Source: Bacteroidales bacterium (GTDB lineage: Bacteria > Bacteroidota > Bacteroidia > Bacteroidales > UBA12481). From it: a stretch of DNA of 64,000 bases. Below the pieces are notes generated by a model, which was not told the DNA's origin, ran no database searches, and worked only from the letters and a program-made list of their open reading frames with translations. Position numbers and translations under genes: made by a program. The stretch's first letter is position 1. Every line of letters begins with the position of its first letter. The DNA lies in assembly GCA_028686135.1 (NCBI GenBank), contig JAQUCP010000007.1, positions 49,647-113,646 of the forward strand. The letters run 5' to 3'. Below, piece after piece: positions 1 to 8,928 of the stretch.

Positions 1-69
1 ATGAAATTCATCGAGGCCGCTGTTGCATCCGACCAAGCTGGAAATGTGTGGATGAAAATCACTGGCTAA
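1..69 (+). CDS. 3' end of an upstream gene cut by the window edge; product unknown
   Basis: Frame 1 is open from base 1 to TAA at 67-69 (22 codons). It is too short to identify. Confidence 0.2.
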   Translation: MKFIEAAVASDQAGNVWMKITG

Positions 70-81
70 TGACCTAAGAGC

Positions 82-1002
82 ATGATTGAGCTATCGCTGG
101 TAATACCGCTATTTAATGAGGCAGACCTGGTTCATGAACTGGTTCGCCGGTCGGTGGCCGCCTTAGCTGAAATCACGCCAGATTTTGAAATACTCTTTGT
201 GGATGACGGGAGCCGTGATGAGACCTTATCACGGCTCCTCGATATCCGCCAAACTGAGCCGCGCATTAAGGTGATCGAGCTATCCCGCAATTTTGGCCAC
301 CAGGCGGCTTTTACCGCCGGGCTCACTTTTGCCTCAGGCAACTATATAGCCATGATGGATGGCGACCTGCAAGATCCTCCCGAAGTCATCGGCGAAATGT
401 ACCGCAAACTAACTTCCGGCAACATTGACGTGGTGTATGGTAAACGCACCAACAAAACTGGAACGATCCAGGGCAAATGGTCAAAGTTCCTGTTTCACAA
501 AACATTCAAACGCATCAGTGGATTCCCGGATATCGAAAATGTGGGCAACTTTTCTCTTTTAAACCGCCCTGCTCTGGAATCGCTGCTGAAGTTTTCCGAA
601 TCCACGCGCTACCTGCCCGGGCTCCGCCGATTTATCGGGTTCCGGCAAGAACATGTCGAATATACCCGCGATGAACGCTATTCGGGAAAATCAAAGATGC
701 GCTTCTCGGATTTGCTCTCCCTAAGCTCCGATGCTATCTTTTCCTTCTCCCGTCTGCCCGTCCGCTTGTGCCTGTTCTTGGGCTTGACTGGGATTGTGGT
801 TTTTTTCCTAGCCGGACTCTACACGCTGATCGCAAAAATTGCAGGATTTGCCATAATTGGCTGGTCATCAACTCTTTTGAGTATTTATTTCCTAGGCTCA
901 ATTCAGCTTACCTTTCTGGGAATTCTGGGCGAATATGTTTTTCGGATCTATCGGGAGAGCCAGCGAAGGCCCCTGTTTCTGGTAAAACAATTCTATGTCT
1001 AA
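82..1002 (+). CDS. Family 2 glycosyltransferase, polyprenyl-phosphate sugar transferase type (GtrB/ArnC/DPM1-like)
   Basis: N-terminal LSLVIPLFNE...FVDDGSRDET...SRNFGHQ...MDGDLQDPPE motifs are typical of GtrB/ArnC-type GT2 enzymes. Two hydrophobic helices lie at the C terminus. Confidence 0.9.
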   Translation: MIELSLVIPLFNEADLVHELVRRSVAALAEITPDFEILFVDDGSRDETLSRLLDIRQTEPRIKVIELSRNFGHQAAFTAGLTFASGNYIAMMDGDLQDPPEVIGEMYRKLTSGNIDVVYGKRTNKTGTIQGKWSKFLFHKTFKRISGFPDIENVGNFSLLNRPALESLLKFSESTRYLPGLRRFIGFRQEHVEYTRDERYSGKSKMRFSDLLSLSSDAIFSFSRLPVRLCLFLGLTGIVVFFLAGLYTLIAKIAGFAIIGWSSTLLSIYFLGSIQLTFLGILGEYVFRIYRESQRRPLFLVKQFYV

Positions 1003-2959
1003 TCCGGTAAAATATCAAAGGAATCTCGTTAAAAGACTCTTTTTGCCGGTATGCTTTATCCCATTCATATTACTACCACTTCTGTCACTTTCTGCTGGCA
1101 TTTCGGGGGATGAACCGGTCCACCATGAACATGCCGAAATGGTGTATAACTATTTTGCCAGCGAGGGAGGCGACCAATCAGCTCTCCAGACACCCGAGAC
1201 CTTTTTACGATACTATGGGCAGTCGGCCGATGATCTGGCTTATCGCATAACTCGCTGGATCCGATCAGATAATCCTTACCTGGTTCGCCACCTACTCATT
1301 GCACTGTTTGGTGCAATGGCCATTTTCTTCGCCGCACAAATCGCCCTATTGCTGGCAGGGCATTCGGCCGGGATCCTGACGGTGATCCTGCTCCTGTTAT
1401 CACCTTCTTTCCTAGGCCACTCCCTCAACAACATGAAGGATATCCCGTTTGCCATGGGATACCTGATGACCATCTTCTCTTTACTGGCTTTTATCCGTGC
1501 GCTTCCGAAAATCAAGCTGGCCGCAGTGGCCGGAATGCTTTTCGGTACGGCGATCTCCTTATCGGTAAGAGCAGGAGGCCTTCTACTCTTCCCAATCATC
1601 CTCTTTTTCGGTAGCATCGGGGCCTGGATGAGTCAGCCGGAACAGAACAGGAAATTCTATTACCTGAAAATCAGCATTATTCTGATCGGAATTGTCGTCC
1701 TGGGGTGGGGGCTAGGCATCCTCGACTGGCCTTATGCCCGGCTGAAACCGGTCAGCAATACCATCCACGCTCTAGCTCGGATGACGCATTATAATGTCAG
1801 CCTCAGGCAACTCTTCGACGGGGAGATGCTCTGGTCCGACTCCATCCCCTGGTTTTATGTTCCAAAATATTTTCTGATCACCACTCCGGCGCTGATACTA
1901 TTGGGCCTTTTACTGGCAACGATACAGATCAGACCGAAATCGCTGGTTTTCAAACAACTCAACATTGGGATATGGCAATGGGTCATGATCTTATTCTGTG
2001 CGTTATTTCCGGTATTCTGGGTGATTGTTCAACGGTCGAACCTCTACGGAGGAATCCGGCATCTGCTCTTTGTTTACCCGCTGCTAGCTGTTATCGCGGC
2101 AACCGGATGGTCGGCGCTGTGGCGAAAGAATTACCCGAAGTGGATAGTATATCTCTCCTGGTTCATTTTCGGAACCGCCTGTGCTGGTCCGCTGGTACAC
2201 ATTTTCCGGAATCATCCGGTCGAGTACGTCTATTTCAACAAACTTTCCGGCGGAATCAAAAAAGCATGGGGCCATTATGAAACTGATTACTACTATCATA
2301 GCCTCGGCCCAGCTGTCAAGTGGATCGAGCGTGAAATTCTCAGGACTGACCCAGATGAGGAGATCACCCTGGCATCGAGCTTTCCCCTGGAACCCTTCTT
2401 TCTCCGATCGGAAAACCAGCCAAAATTAGTTTATGTCCCATTCAATCAGAGGAATATGAAGGACTGGGATTATGGCATTTTTGCAGCAGCCTATTTAAGT
2501 CCGTCGCAACTGCAGGGCGACTGCTGGCCACCGGCAGGAACTATTCACACGATTCGGGTGGATGGTTTTCCGGTCTGTGCCATTGTTAAGCGTGTTTATA
2601 ATTTTGATACTAAAGGGATTACAGCATACTCAACTGGCAATCATGATGAAGCCATTCGGCTTCTTCGGCGGGCCATTGAAGTAGAACGCTGCAACTTAGC
2701 CGCCTACCTATACCTTGGATGGAGCTACCGGAAAACCGGACAGCTAGAGGCATCAAACAGCGTGGCTTATCAGCTTCTGCAGGTACATTCGGAGAGCGAG
2801 CCGGCAAGGGAGTTGCTTATTTGGAATTATCTGGATTTAAAGGATTTATCCAAAGCTCGGATCTTAGCAGAAGAGCTATTCCGGATCAATCCCAAATATC
2901 CTCCGGTTGATCAACTACTTCAATTGACAGGAGTCCGGAAATCGAGTCCGACTTCTTAA
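995..2959 (+). CDS. Polytopic GT-C fold glycosyltransferase (GT39/ArnT/PMT-like) with C-terminal TPR repeats
   Basis: Many TM helices and an early loop with GDEP (a DE-type motif as in PMT/ArnT). The C-terminal ~120 aa have TPR-like periodicity (AIRLLRRAIEVE...YLYLGWSYRKTGQLEAS). The start overlaps the GT2 stop by 8 nt. Confidence 0.75.
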   Translation: MSNPVKYQRNLVKRLFLPVCFIPFILLPLLSLSAGISGDEPVHHEHAEMVYNYFASEGGDQSALQTPETFLRYYGQSADDLAYRITRWIRSDNPYLVRHLLIALFGAMAIFFAAQIALLLAGHSAGILTVILLLLSPSFLGHSLNNMKDIPFAMGYLMTIFSLLAFIRALPKIKLAAVAGMLFGTAISLSVRAGGLLLFPIILFFGSIGAWMSQPEQNRKFYYLKISIILIGIVVLGWGLGILDWPYARLKPVSNTIHALARMTHYNVSLRQLFDGEMLWSDSIPWFYVPKYFLITTPALILLGLLLATIQIRPKSLVFKQLNIGIWQWVMILFCALFPVFWVIVQRSNLYGGIRHLLFVYPLLAVIAATGWSALWRKNYPKWIVYLSWFIFGTACAGPLVHIFRNHPVEYVYFNKLSGGIKKAWGHYETDYYYHSLGPAVKWIEREILRTDPDEEITLASSFPLEPFFLRSENQPKLVYVPFNQRNMKDWDYGIFAAAYLSPSQLQGDCWPPAGTIHTIRVDGFPVCAIVKRVYNFDTKGITAYSTGNHDEAIRLLRRAIEVERCNLAAYLYLGWSYRKTGQLEASNSVAYQLLQVHSESEPARELLIWNYLDLKDLSKARILAEELFRINPKYPPVDQLLQLTGVRKSSPTS

Positions 2960-3043
2960 AAAATGTTAATTCCGGGTAATTCATGCTGATTCGCTATATT
3001 TTTACTCGTTCCGTTCACAAATAATTGTTTAAAAATCCACTTT

Positions 3044-5440
3044 ATGAAAAAGACGTTACTCTTTTTGTTCACGCTGAGCATTTCGTTGGCGGTGGCTTTC
3101 GGTCAGAAGGCCGATTTCCGTGCTGCGGAAAGATATAGCGCTGAGAATCTGGGCAAGATGGTGGGTAGCACCTCTGTCAGGCCTATTTACCTGAACGACA
3201 GCGAGCAGTTCTGGTATTCGTACAAAACCGGTGACGGCCAGTTTTACTGGCTTGTTGATCCGGCAAAGAAAACCAAAGAGCCGCTGTTCGACAATTATCA
3301 CTTGGTTTCTGAAGTTAATCAGCAGATTCACAAGATCTTGAATCCGCTCGAACCTGCCATTAGAAAATTGGAGTTTAAGAAAGACAACAAATCTTTCACG
3401 TTCGAGGTCGATAGTTTCAAGTTTGAATACACGTTGAAGAATCATGAGATCAAAGTGGTGGACACCATCAAAAAAGAGAAGCCAAAAAATGACCGGTGGA
3501 TGAACTACAACAAGGATTCTACGTGGATTGTGTTCGCAAAGAACCACAACCTGTTCTTGATGAAGGCTGACGACCCGGATAGTACTGAGTACCAGTTGAC
3601 TACAGATGGTGAGCTTCACTATTCCTACCAAGCTGATGGTTCGGATACCACCTCCACGAAAAGGCTTCGTGCACGCGCTGGCTGGTTTAAGGACAATCAG
3701 AAATTTTACGTAACCCGATCCGACAGCCGGGAGGTAAAAGATCTATGGGTTATCAATGTATTAAAAAACCGGCCGGAGTTGGAGACGTACAAATATGCCA
3801 TGCCTGGTGACGAGAACGTGCCGCAAACTGAATTGTGGGTTTTCGATGTGGAGAAGAAAGCCGGAGTGAAAGTTCAGACCGAAAAATGGAAAGATCAAAC
3901 ACTTGATATTAACCTACTTGGCGACCGGTCTGATGCCATGATTTTCATCCGTCAGGACAGGACTTGTGCAAAAAAAGAGGTGTGCCTGGCCGATACTGAA
4001 ACAGGTGAAACCAAGCTTCTGTTTTCCGAAACCGATGAGCCCTATTTCAACTGGAGCTATTCAAGGCTCTATCCGATCAATGAAGGGAAAGAGATGATCT
4101 GGTGGTCGGAACGTACTGGATTTGGGCAGTTTTACCTTTATGATGGTGATGGCAACCTCAAAAATCAGATGACCAAAGGAAATTTTGTCTGTGGGAACGT
4201 CATGCGTATCGACACCCTTGCCCGAGTACTTTATTTCGAAGCCTTTGGTCGTGAAGCTGGTATTGACCCTTATTTCACGATGATTTACCGGGTCAACTTT
4301 GATGGTTCGGACATGCAGCTATTGACCCCCGAAGACGCCACACACAGCTTCAACGTGGCTAAAGAGACCAATAAATATTTCGTTGATACGTATAGCAGGG
4401 CCGATCTGGCTCCCGTATCCGTGCTGAGGGATGTTAAGGGAAGCCTAATTATGAAGCTTGAGGAAACTGATCTCAGACGTCTGTACGAGACGGGCTGGCA
4501 AATGCCAGAACGCGTTAAGGTTAAGGCAGTTGACGGCGTTACGGATCTGTACGGCATTATGTGGAAACCCTTGAAAATGGAGGAGGGGAGAAAATACCCG
4601 ATCATTTCCTATGTATATCCTGGGCCGCAGGTTGAATCTTTCTCTTTACCCTGGAGCACAACCGGTCGGTACAACATGGCGTTAGCCCAGTTGGGCTTTG
4701 TAACCGTTTCGATGGGTCACCGTGGTGGTAGCCCGATGCGGGATAAGTACTATCATACCTATGGCTATGATAATCTGCGGGATTACGCAATTCCGGATGA
4801 CAAATATGCACTGGAGCAGCTAGCTGATCGATATGATTTCATTGATATCACCAAGGTAGGTATCTATGGCCATTCAGGCGGTGGATTCATGTCAACAGCA
4901 GCCATTCTGACGATGCCTGATTTCTATGATGTTGCTGTCTCTTCGGCCGGGAACCACGATAACAATATTTACAACCTCTGGTGGGGAGAGACCCATCACG
5001 GAGTGAAGGAAGTGGTTAAAACGGTTAGAAAGAAAAAGGACAACAATAAAAAGAATGGAGAAGACAAAAAGGAAGAGATCAAGGAAAAAATCGAAGAAGG
5101 AATGCCTTGGTATGAAGAGGATAGCGTGAAAAAAGAGGAAGAAAAAACCATCCGTTACGAAGCGAAAATTCCGAAAAACCAGGAGTTAGCCAAGAATTTG
5201 AAAGGTCATCTACTGCTGGTCCACGGTGATATAGACAACAATGTACACCCGGGCAACTCCATTCGTGTGGCTGATGCCCTGATTACTGCCGGCAAACGGT
5301 TTGATTTGATGTTGATGCCCGGACAGCGTCACGGATTTGGGAAATACAGCAAATATTTCGAGCGGATGATGTGGTACTATTTCGCCGAACACTTGTTAGG
5401 CGATTATCGCAACAACGTAGAAATCTATTTGCCGGAATAG
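3044..5440 (+). CDS. S9 family serine peptidase (DPP IV N-terminal beta-propeller plus prolyl-oligopeptidase catalytic domain), secreted
   Basis: Signal peptide MKKTLLFLFTLSISLAVAFGQ. Nucleophile elbow GHSGGG, acid HGDIDNNVH, and His in GQRHGF. Confidence 0.9.
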   Translation: MKKTLLFLFTLSISLAVAFGQKADFRAAERYSAENLGKMVGSTSVRPIYLNDSEQFWYSYKTGDGQFYWLVDPAKKTKEPLFDNYHLVSEVNQQIHKILNPLEPAIRKLEFKKDNKSFTFEVDSFKFEYTLKNHEIKVVDTIKKEKPKNDRWMNYNKDSTWIVFAKNHNLFLMKADDPDSTEYQLTTDGELHYSYQADGSDTTSTKRLRARAGWFKDNQKFYVTRSDSREVKDLWVINVLKNRPELETYKYAMPGDENVPQTELWVFDVEKKAGVKVQTEKWKDQTLDINLLGDRSDAMIFIRQDRTCAKKEVCLADTETGETKLLFSETDEPYFNWSYSRLYPINEGKEMIWWSERTGFGQFYLYDGDGNLKNQMTKGNFVCGNVMRIDTLARVLYFEAFGREAGIDPYFTMIYRVNFDGSDMQLLTPEDATHSFNVAKETNKYFVDTYSRADLAPVSVLRDVKGSLIMKLEETDLRRLYETGWQMPERVKVKAVDGVTDLYGIMWKPLKMEEGRKYPIISYVYPGPQVESFSLPWSTTGRYNMALAQLGFVTVSMGHRGGSPMRDKYYHTYGYDNLRDYAIPDDKYALEQLADRYDFIDITKVGIYGHSGGGFMSTAAILTMPDFYDVAVSSAGNHDNNIYNLWWGETHHGVKEVVKTVRKKKDNNKKNGEDKKEEIKEKIEEGMPWYEEDSVKKEEEKTIRYEAKIPKNQELAKNLKGHLLLVHGDIDNNVHPGNSIRVADALITAGKRFDLMLMPGQRHGFGKYSKYFERMMWYYFAEHLLGDYRNNVEIYLPE

Positions 5441-5892
5441 TCGCCGTGGTGACTGCCGTCGCAAAAAGGAATACGTTTTGATTTCCCGCATCTGCAGAGA
5501 GAGATGCGGGAACCGGAGGGAATTTGTTCCCCCGACTGGTTCATCAGCCTGATTTTTCCAGTGATGATGGCCGGTCCCCCGTCGATGAGGGTGATCTCGG
5601 CAGCCGGTTCCTGCGTCTCTTCTCTTTTTGCCGTATCTTCATTGGAATCCGAAGAACTCTCCGCGACGATATCGCGGTTCCATTTCCACGTAAGTGCATC
5701 GGTAGGGCACTGATCCACTACATTAATAATCTCCTGTGTATTAGCGCCTTTCATGTTCACCCAGGGTCGCTTTGAGGGATCAAACACTTTCCTGAGCTTG
5801 ATAAAACAGATGGTGGCATGAATACAGAGATCCGGTTTCCAATAAACGGTGATTTCGCCGTTGGTGTATTCGCGATCGTTCGGATTAGCCAT
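5425..5892 (-). CDS. Iron-sulfur protein: divergent 4Fe-4S mono-cluster domain fused to a CDGSH domain
   Basis: N-terminal CIHATIC...CPTDA pattern and C-terminal CRCGKSKRIPFCDGSHH (CDGSH signature), joined by an acidic linker. Confidence 0.8.
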   Translation of the reverse strand: MANPNDREYTNGEITVYWKPDLCIHATICFIKLRKVFDPSKRPWVNMKGANTQEIINVVDQCPTDALTWKWNRDIVAESSSDSNEDTAKREETQEPAAEITLIDGGPAIITGKIRLMNQSGEQIPSGSRISLCRCGKSKRIPFCDGSHHGDYSGK

Positions 5893-5902
5893 AAAGAAAA
5901 AC

Positions 5903-6613
5903 TTATAACTTCCTGATCTTGATGTTCCTGAAGCTAGTTACTCCACCATGATCCTGCAGCGCGATGTGGCCTTCGGGATATTTGCCATACCCATCAGCAT
6001 CACGCCATTTGGAGTTTTTCTTCAGCTCATACCATTCAGGTGTCCACATCTCATATTCAACCACTTTACGGTCGTTCAGCCAATGTTCCACATGCGCACC
6101 CTTGACCACAATTTTGGCCGTGTTCCATTGGTCCAGCGTCTTAACCTGGCCATGCTTGGGTCGATGAACATCATAGTTGGCTCCGGATAGATATTTTGGA
6201 TCGGTGCCCTCAGCCCCAACATCATCAATTAGCTGATATTCAGGACCTGTCATATAAACGGTAGGATAATCTTCGCCTTCTACCACATGGAAGAATATGC
6301 CCGAATTGCTACCCTGGGCGACCTTCCACTCGAGGTACAATTCAAAGTCCTTATATTTTTCTTTGGTAATCACATCACCACCCTGACCACCAGGTAGTCC
6401 GAGAGCAACCATAGCACCATCTTCAATAGCCCATCCCTGGACTTTATCCAGTTTGTAGCAGCGCCATTTATCCATGGATTTTCCGTCGAAAAGAAGCTCC
6501 CATCCTTCTGCTTTCTCTTTCGGCGAGAGCGTGTTTAATGCTTGAGCCATGGCAGTTAAGGGGAAAATCAGGCCGATCATGGCGGCCAACAGAGTCAGTT
6601 TTGGATTTTTCAT
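5903..6613 (-). CDS. DUF1080 (3-keto-disaccharide hydrolase-like) domain protein, secreted
   Basis: Signal peptide, then the W..F.GK....W / GNSGI...EYQ / HIALQDHG...FRNI pattern typical of DUF1080. Confidence 0.8.
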   Translation of the reverse strand: MKNPKLTLLAAMIGLIFPLTAMAQALNTLSPKEKAEGWELLFDGKSMDKWRCYKLDKVQGWAIEDGAMVALGLPGGQGGDVITKEKYKDFELYLEWKVAQGSNSGIFFHVVEGEDYPTVYMTGPEYQLIDDVGAEGTDPKYLSGANYDVHRPKHGQVKTLDQWNTAKIVVKGAHVEHWLNDRKVVEYEMWTPEWYELKKNSKWRDADGYGKYPEGHIALQDHGGVTSFRNIKIRKL

Positions 6614-6715
6614 TTTCGTTTCGTTTTATCGCGTTAAAGATATGTTTTTGCCCTGATTTGATCTATTTTTGATCTGAATCTGCCTGGTTCAATGTTTAAT
6701 TAATTTCATTCAGCT

Positions 6716-6871
6716 ATGTCGTTTTGGCGGGTACTGATCTCGATCCTTTTTCCTCCTCTGGCGGTCATCGACCAGGGTTGTGGTTCTATCTTAATCGTCT
6801 TTCTACTGACACTTGCCGGATGGGTACCCGGGGTGATAGCCGCCCTTGTAATTCTAAATCGTAGATTATGA
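6716..6871 (+). CDS. YqaE/Pmp3 (UPF0057) family small membrane protein, 51 aa; not in the ORF track
   Basis: My translation is MSFWRVLISILFPPLAVIDQGCGSILIVFLLTLAGWVPGVIAALVILNRRL. It has the LPPLAV...G...LLT.LG.IPG..HA-type signature. Its TGA stop (6869-6871) overlaps the dtd ATG (6868-6870). Confidence 0.75.
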   Translation: MSFWRVLISILFPPLAVIDQGCGSILIVFLLTLAGWVPGVIAALVILNRRL

Positions 6872-7320
6872 GAGCTTTAGTTCAACGAGTCAAAGAGGCT
6901 TCTGTCACGATTAGCGGGGTGCAGAGGGCATCGGTAGGGCAGGGGCTTTTGGTGCTCATCGGTATTGAAGCATCAGATGATCAGGAGGATATTCAGTGGC
7001 TCGCGAATAAGATTGTCGGTTTACGTGTTTTTGACGATGAGTTTGGTGTGATGAACTTGAGTGTCAAAGACATCAAAGGGGAGATCCTGGCTGTATCTCA
7101 ATTCACCCTCCACGCCCGCATCAAGAAGGGATTCCGGCCCTCATACATCGATGCTGCTCCACCAGCCATCAGTGTTCCGATCTACGAACAATTTGTTATT
7201 CAGCTGGAAAAAGAACTAGGGAAACCCATCCCAACCGGGGAGTTTGGTGCCATGATGGATGTGGCGCTGATAAACGACGGACCCGTTACCATCTGGATCG
7301 ATTCAAAGAACAGAATATGA
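6868..7320 (+). CDS. dtd: D-aminoacyl-tRNA deacylase
   Basis: MRALVQRV...SQFTL...DGPVT pattern and ~150 aa length are typical of Dtd. Confidence 0.95.
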   Translation: MRALVQRVKEASVTISGVQRASVGQGLLVLIGIEASDDQEDIQWLANKIVGLRVFDDEFGVMNLSVKDIKGEILAVSQFTLHARIKKGFRPSYIDAAPPAISVPIYEQFVIQLEKELGKPIPTGEFGAMMDVALINDGPVTIWIDSKNRI

Positions 7321-7655
7321 CCATAAAAGAAGCTCAAGATACTATTGATCAATGGATTAAGACGTATGGCGTACGCTATTTCTCCGAACTGACCAATATG
7401 GCGGTTTTAACCGAAGAGGTAGGAGAGCTAGCCAGGATCATGGCCAGGCGCTACGGCGACCAATCGGAAAAAGAGAGCGATCGTAATGGAGACCTTGGAG
7501 ATGAGATGGCCGATGTTCTCTGGGTGCTGATCTGCTTAGCCAATCAGACCGGGGTTGATCTGACGGCAGCACTGGAGGAAAACATCAAAAAGAAAACTCT
7601 GCGTGATTCTGAAAGACATCGCAATAATCAAAAACTGACCCATGATAACGACTGA
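7317..7655 (+). CDS. MazG-like nucleotide pyrophosphohydrolase (YpjD type)
   Basis: EEVGELA...E.D..GDLGDEMADVLW EExxE/D helix motifs at ~110 aa. The 4-nt overlap with dtd matches the dtd-mazG-deoC synteny I recall in Bacteroidota. Confidence 0.85.
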   Translation: MTIKEAQDTIDQWIKTYGVRYFSELTNMAVLTEEVGELARIMARRYGDQSEKESDRNGDLGDEMADVLWVLICLANQTGVDLTAALEENIKKKTLRDSERHRNNQKLTHDND

Positions 7656-8523
7656 TTACTATCAAAACGAATATGGCCTGGGTGAAGATGAGCAGCAGAC
7701 TGCCTTGCGAGTAGGCCAAATCATAGATTCTATTTCGGCAGAAAAACCTAGCCCAGAACTTTTAAACCTGCTATTTGGACTCCTTGATCTGACCAGCCTG
7801 AACACCAATGACAACACCAATACGGCCAGGCGGCTCTGCGGGCAACTGAATGAATTTCCCGACCGATTTCCCGGAATAGCCCAGGTTGCTGCTGTCTGTA
7901 TCTATCCGACCCTCGTGGAAGAGATTAACAAAACACTCACTAACAAGGCAGTAAAACTTGCCTGCGTAGGTGCGGGATTTCCGTCATCCCAAACCTTTCT
8001 GTCGGTCAAGCTGGCCGAGTGTGAACTTCTCATGAAAAAGGGAGCTGAGGAAATTGATGTGGTTATTTCCGTTGGAGAGCTCATGGCCGGTAATATTGAG
8101 CAGGTCATGAATGAGCTCCTGTTGATCCGAGAGGTTACACAAAGTGTCACCCTCAAAGTGATTCTGGAAACCGGCCTGCTAAATAATCCTTCCATGATCA
8201 GGTTGGCCAGCCTGATCGCCATGGAGGCCGGTGCCAACTTTATTAAAACTAGTACAGGAAAAACAGCTGTTTCGGCTACCCCCGAAGCCGCTTACACCAT
8301 GGCTTGCGCGATTCGCGATTTCTACCACCGCACGGAGCGAAAAGTTGGAATAAAAGTGGCAGGAGGCGTCTCGGATATTCAGAGCGCACTTATTTATCAT
8401 GCTGTGGTTGAGGATGTTCTAGGAGGCGACTGGCTGAATCCCAAACTTTTCCGAATTGGAACCAGTCGGCTGGCAAATCATCTGCTCGGAGCTATCAAGG
8501 GGTCAACGGTTAGCTATTTCTAG
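7642..8523 (+). CDS. deoC: Deoxyribose-phosphate aldolase (long form)
   Basis: KVILETG and FIKTSTGK (Schiff-base lysine motif), VGIKVAGGV. Confidence 0.9.
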   Translation: MITTDYYQNEYGLGEDEQQTALRVGQIIDSISAEKPSPELLNLLFGLLDLTSLNTNDNTNTARRLCGQLNEFPDRFPGIAQVAAVCIYPTLVEEINKTLTNKAVKLACVGAGFPSSQTFLSVKLAECELLMKKGAEEIDVVISVGELMAGNIEQVMNELLLIREVTQSVTLKVILETGLLNNPSMIRLASLIAMEAGANFIKTSTGKTAVSATPEAAYTMACAIRDFYHRTERKVGIKVAGGVSDIQSALIYHAVVEDVLGGDWLNPKLFRIGTSRLANHLLGAIKGSTVSYF

Positions 8524-8569
8524 CCAGGATATCATCAACATCATCACCCTGAGGTGTTATTAAGCAGGG

Positions 8570-8593
8570 TATATGCATGAAAATATGCATATA
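8570..8593. promoter_or_regulatory. Inverted repeat TATATGCAT-N6-ATGCATATA, candidate ArsR-family operator
   Basis: 9-nt perfect arms, read directly, lying 28-51 nt upstream of the arsR-like start at 8621. Confidence 0.5.
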
Positions 8594-8620
8594 TTCGCAT
8601 AAACTTTAATATCTGAGTTA

Positions 8621-8923
8621 ATGAGTCTTCTGGATTTAAAACCTGAACAATTGGACAGAGCTGCCAGCATGTTGAAAGCAATTGCTCATCCTGTGAGGAT
8701 ATCGATTCTGAATTTGCTTGAAGATGAAGGAAAGCTAACCGTTACCGAAATCCATAGCAGGCTTAAAATCGAACAATCAACCGCTTCACATCATCTTGGT
8801 ATTCTCAAGGACAAGGATGTTCTGATGAGTAAAAGAGAGGGGAAGAACACCTTGTATTCACTAAAGAATGATCATTTAAGTGAACTTGTCAAATGCATAA
8901 ACAAGTGTTCCTGTAATCATTAA
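8621..8923 (+). CDS. ArsR/SmtB family transcriptional regulator
   Basis: Winged-HTH pattern HPVRISILNLL...LTVTEI...STASHHLGILKD..V at 100 aa, with a C-terminal CINKCSC cysteine cluster. Confidence 0.9.
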   Translation: MSLLDLKPEQLDRAASMLKAIAHPVRISILNLLEDEGKLTVTEIHSRLKIEQSTASHHLGILKDKDVLMSKREGKNTLYSLKNDHLSELVKCINKCSCNH

Positions 8924-8928
8924 ACACC

